DNA from: Nitrospirales bacterium
GTDB taxonomy: Bacteria > Nitrospirota > Nitrospiria > Nitrospirales > UBA8639
Length of the DNA stretch: 64,000 nucleotides
Direction: 5' to 3'
NCBI GenBank assembly: GCA_965203295.1
Contig: CBDBCZ010000015.1
Span: forward strand, 1,088,001 to 1,152,000
Part shown: piece after piece, positions 61,311 through 64,000 of the stretch
Numbering within the stretch: position 1 is the first letter of the stretch
Layout: each line of letters starts with the position of its first letter
The notes under the pieces: model-generated
Database searches by the model: none
What the model was told of the DNA's origin: nothing
What the model saw: only the letters and a program-made list of their open reading frames with translations
Position numbers and translations under genes: made by a program

Positions 61311-64000
61311 AATAGAACTTGTTATTGAAAGGCTTGTTCAGTTTGGTTGATGTTAGTCTGAAGATTAGGAAAGAAGGATATATTAAAAATTGTTAGTTTT
61401 GTTGGTCTTTAGCAAAGACTTTAAGCCAAAGTAACTAGCTACCATTTATCTGACCCTTCCCAACTGTTTAGAAAATGAACTGGTTATTCAAAGGCCTGTT
61501 TAGTTTGAATGATGTTAGTCAGATACTATACACGCTTAGGAAGTATCGATGTTCAAGAAAGGAACTGGTTATTCAAAGGCTTGTTTAGTTTGGTTGATGT
61601 TAGTCTGCAGATTAGGAAAGAAGTATTTTATAGAAAATCGTTAGTTTTGTTGGTCTCTAGGAAAGACTTTGAGCCAAAGTAACTAGCTACCATTGATCTG
61701 ACCCTTCCCAACTGTTTAGGAAAAGAACTTGTTATTCAAAGGCTTGTTTAGTTTAAATGATGTTAGTCAGATACAATACATGCTCAGGAAGTATCGATGT
61801 TCAAGAAAGGAACTGGTTATTCAAAGGCTTGTTTAGTTTGCTTGATGTTAGTCTGCAGATTAGGAAAGAAGTATTTTATATAAAATTGTTAGTTTTGTTG
61901 GTCTCTATAAAAGACTTTAAGCAAAAGTAACTAGCTACCATTTATCTGACCCTTCCCAACTGTTTAGAAAAAGAACTGGTTATTCAAAGGCCTGTTTAGT
62001 TTTGTTGATGTTAGCCTGAAGATTAGGAAAGAAGGATTTTATTGAAAATTGTTAGTTTTGTTGGTCTCTAGCAAAGACTTTAAGCCAAAGTTACTAGCTA
62101 CCATTGATCTGACCCTTCCGAACTATTTAGAAAATGAACTGGTTATTCAAAGGCTTGTTTTGTTTGAATGATATTTGTCAGATACAATACATGCTTAGGA
62201 AGTATCAATGTTCAAGAAAGGAACTGGTTATTCAAAGGCTTGTTTAGTTTGCTTGATGTTAGTCTGCAGATTAGGAAAGAAGTATTTTATAGAAAATCGT
62301 TATTTTTTTTGGTCTCTAGGAAAGACTTTGAGCCAAAGTAACTAGCTACCATTGATCTGACCATTCCCAACTGTTTAGGAAAAGAACTGGTTATTCAAAG
62401 GCTTGTTTAGTTTGAATGATGTTAGTCTGAAGATTAGGAAAGAAGGATTTTATTGAAAATTGTTAGTTTTTTTGATCTCTAGCAAAGACTTTAAGCCAAA
62501 GTAACTAGCTACCATTTATCTGACCCTTCCGAACTGTTTAGAAAAAGAACTGGTTATTCAAAGGCCTGTTTAGTTTTGTTGACGTTAGCCTGAAGATTAG
62601 GAAAGAAGGATTTTATTGAAAATTGTTAGTTTTGTTGATCTCTAGCAAAGACTTTAAGCCAAAGTCACTAGCTACCATTGATCTGATCCTTCCCAACTGT
62701 TTAGAAAAAGAGCTGGTTATTCAAAGGCTTATTTAGTTGGAATGATATTAGTCAGATACAATACATGCTTAGGAAATATCAATGCTCAAGAAAGGAACTG
62801 GTTATTCAAAGGCTTGTTTAGTTTGGTTGATGTTAGTCTGAAGATTAGGAAAGAAGGATTTTTTAGAAAATGGTTAGTTTTGTTGGTCTCAGGCAAAGAC
62901 TTTCAGCCAAAGTAACTGGCTACCATTGATCTGACCCTTCCCAACTGTTTTGGAAAAGAACTGGTTATTCAAAGGCTTATTTAGTTTGAATGATGTTAGT
63001 CATATACAATACACGCTTAGGAAGTATCTATTTTCAAGAAAAGAACTTGTTATTCAAAGGCTTGTTTAGTTTGGTGGATGTTAGTCTGAAGATTAGGAAA
63101 GAAGGATTTTATTGAAAATTGTTAGTTTTGTTCATCTCAGGCAAAGACTTTCAGCCAAAGTAAATGGCTACCATTGATCTGACCCTTCCCAACTTTTTAG
63201 GAAAAGAACCTGTTATTCAAAGGCTTGTTTAGTTTGAATGATGTTAGTCAGATACAATACATGCTTAGGAAGTATCGATGTTCAAGAAAGGAACTGGTTA
63301 TTCAAAGGCTTGTTTAGTTTAAATGATGTTGGTCGGATACAATACATGCTTAGGAAGTATCGATGTTCAAGAAAGGAACTTGTTATTCAAAGGCTTGTTT
63401 AGTTTGATTGATGTTAGTATAAGATTAGAAAAGAAGGATTTATTTAAAATTGTTAGTTTTTTGGCCTCTAGCAAAGACTTTAAGCCAAAGTAACAAGCAA
63501 CCATTGATCTGACCCTCCCAACTGTTTAGGAAAAGAACTGGTTATGCAAAGGCTTGTTTAGTTTGAATGATGTTAGTCAGATACAATACATGCTTAGGAA
63601 GTATCGATGTTCAAGAAAGGAACTGGTTATTCAAAGGCTGGTTTAGTTTGGTTGATGTTAGTCTGAAGATTAGGAAAGAAGAATTTTACTCAAAAATTGT
63701 TATTTTTTTGTCTCTGGCAAAGACTTTAAGCCAATGTAAGTAGCTACCATTGATCTGACCTTTCCCAACTGTTTAGGAAACGAACTTGTTATTCAAAGGC
63801 TTGTTTAGTTTGAATGATGTTAGTCAGATACAATACATGCTTTGGAAGTATCTATGTTCAAGAAAGGAACTTGTTATTCAAAGGCTTGTTTAGTTCGGTT
63901 GATGTTAGTCTGAAGATTAGGAAAGAAGGATTTTATTGAAAATTGTTAGTTTTGTTGGTCTCAGGCAAAGACTTTCAACCAAAGTATCTGGCTACCATTG

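Larger units (their letters stand above)
48772..64000 (+). repeat. Satellite array 2 (>15 kb, runs off the window); same A/B/C family and orientation as array 1
   Basis: Starts mid-monomer (taggaaaagaacctgttattcaaagg), with the same heads and tails. One C monomer lies at 58671. Confidence 0.98.

Noticed and set aside
4721..64000. CRISPR-like repeat/spacer array (constant ~41-bp head separated by other sequence)
   Set aside because: The intervening sequences are only two or three recurring tails, not unique spacers. There are no cas genes, and the context is eukaryotic (spliceosomal introns, LINE, MITEs).

Overview
Eukaryotic (animal) heterochromatin-like DNA. A sponge is the likely source, inferred only from the PMP-like GGAI/FxxN repeat exon, the TACATGTA-rich short introns and the MITE types. 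About 87% of the window is one AT-rich satellite family in two same-orientation arrays (~4721-45100 and ~48772-end). The satellite is an irregular string of a 163-bp monomer (A) and an 85-bp monomer (B) that share a ~41-bp head, plus a rare 182-186-bp monomer (C) that contains parts of both, and it shows nested higher-order duplications of about 0.4-3.9 kb. The arrays are interleaved with a ~2-kb unique island present twice (2549-4587 and 45103-47282). The island fuses a BEL/Pao gag fragment to five intron-separated exons of a TRAPPC13-like gene, and both copies are pseudogenic. Transposon insertions include a 5'-truncated non-LTR retrotransposon in the satellite, a TTAA piggyBac-type MITE in one island copy, a pogo-like deletion derivative and two hairpin MITEs. 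I found no intact host gene, RNA gene or CRISPR array. The short ORFs inside the satellite are repeat artefacts.
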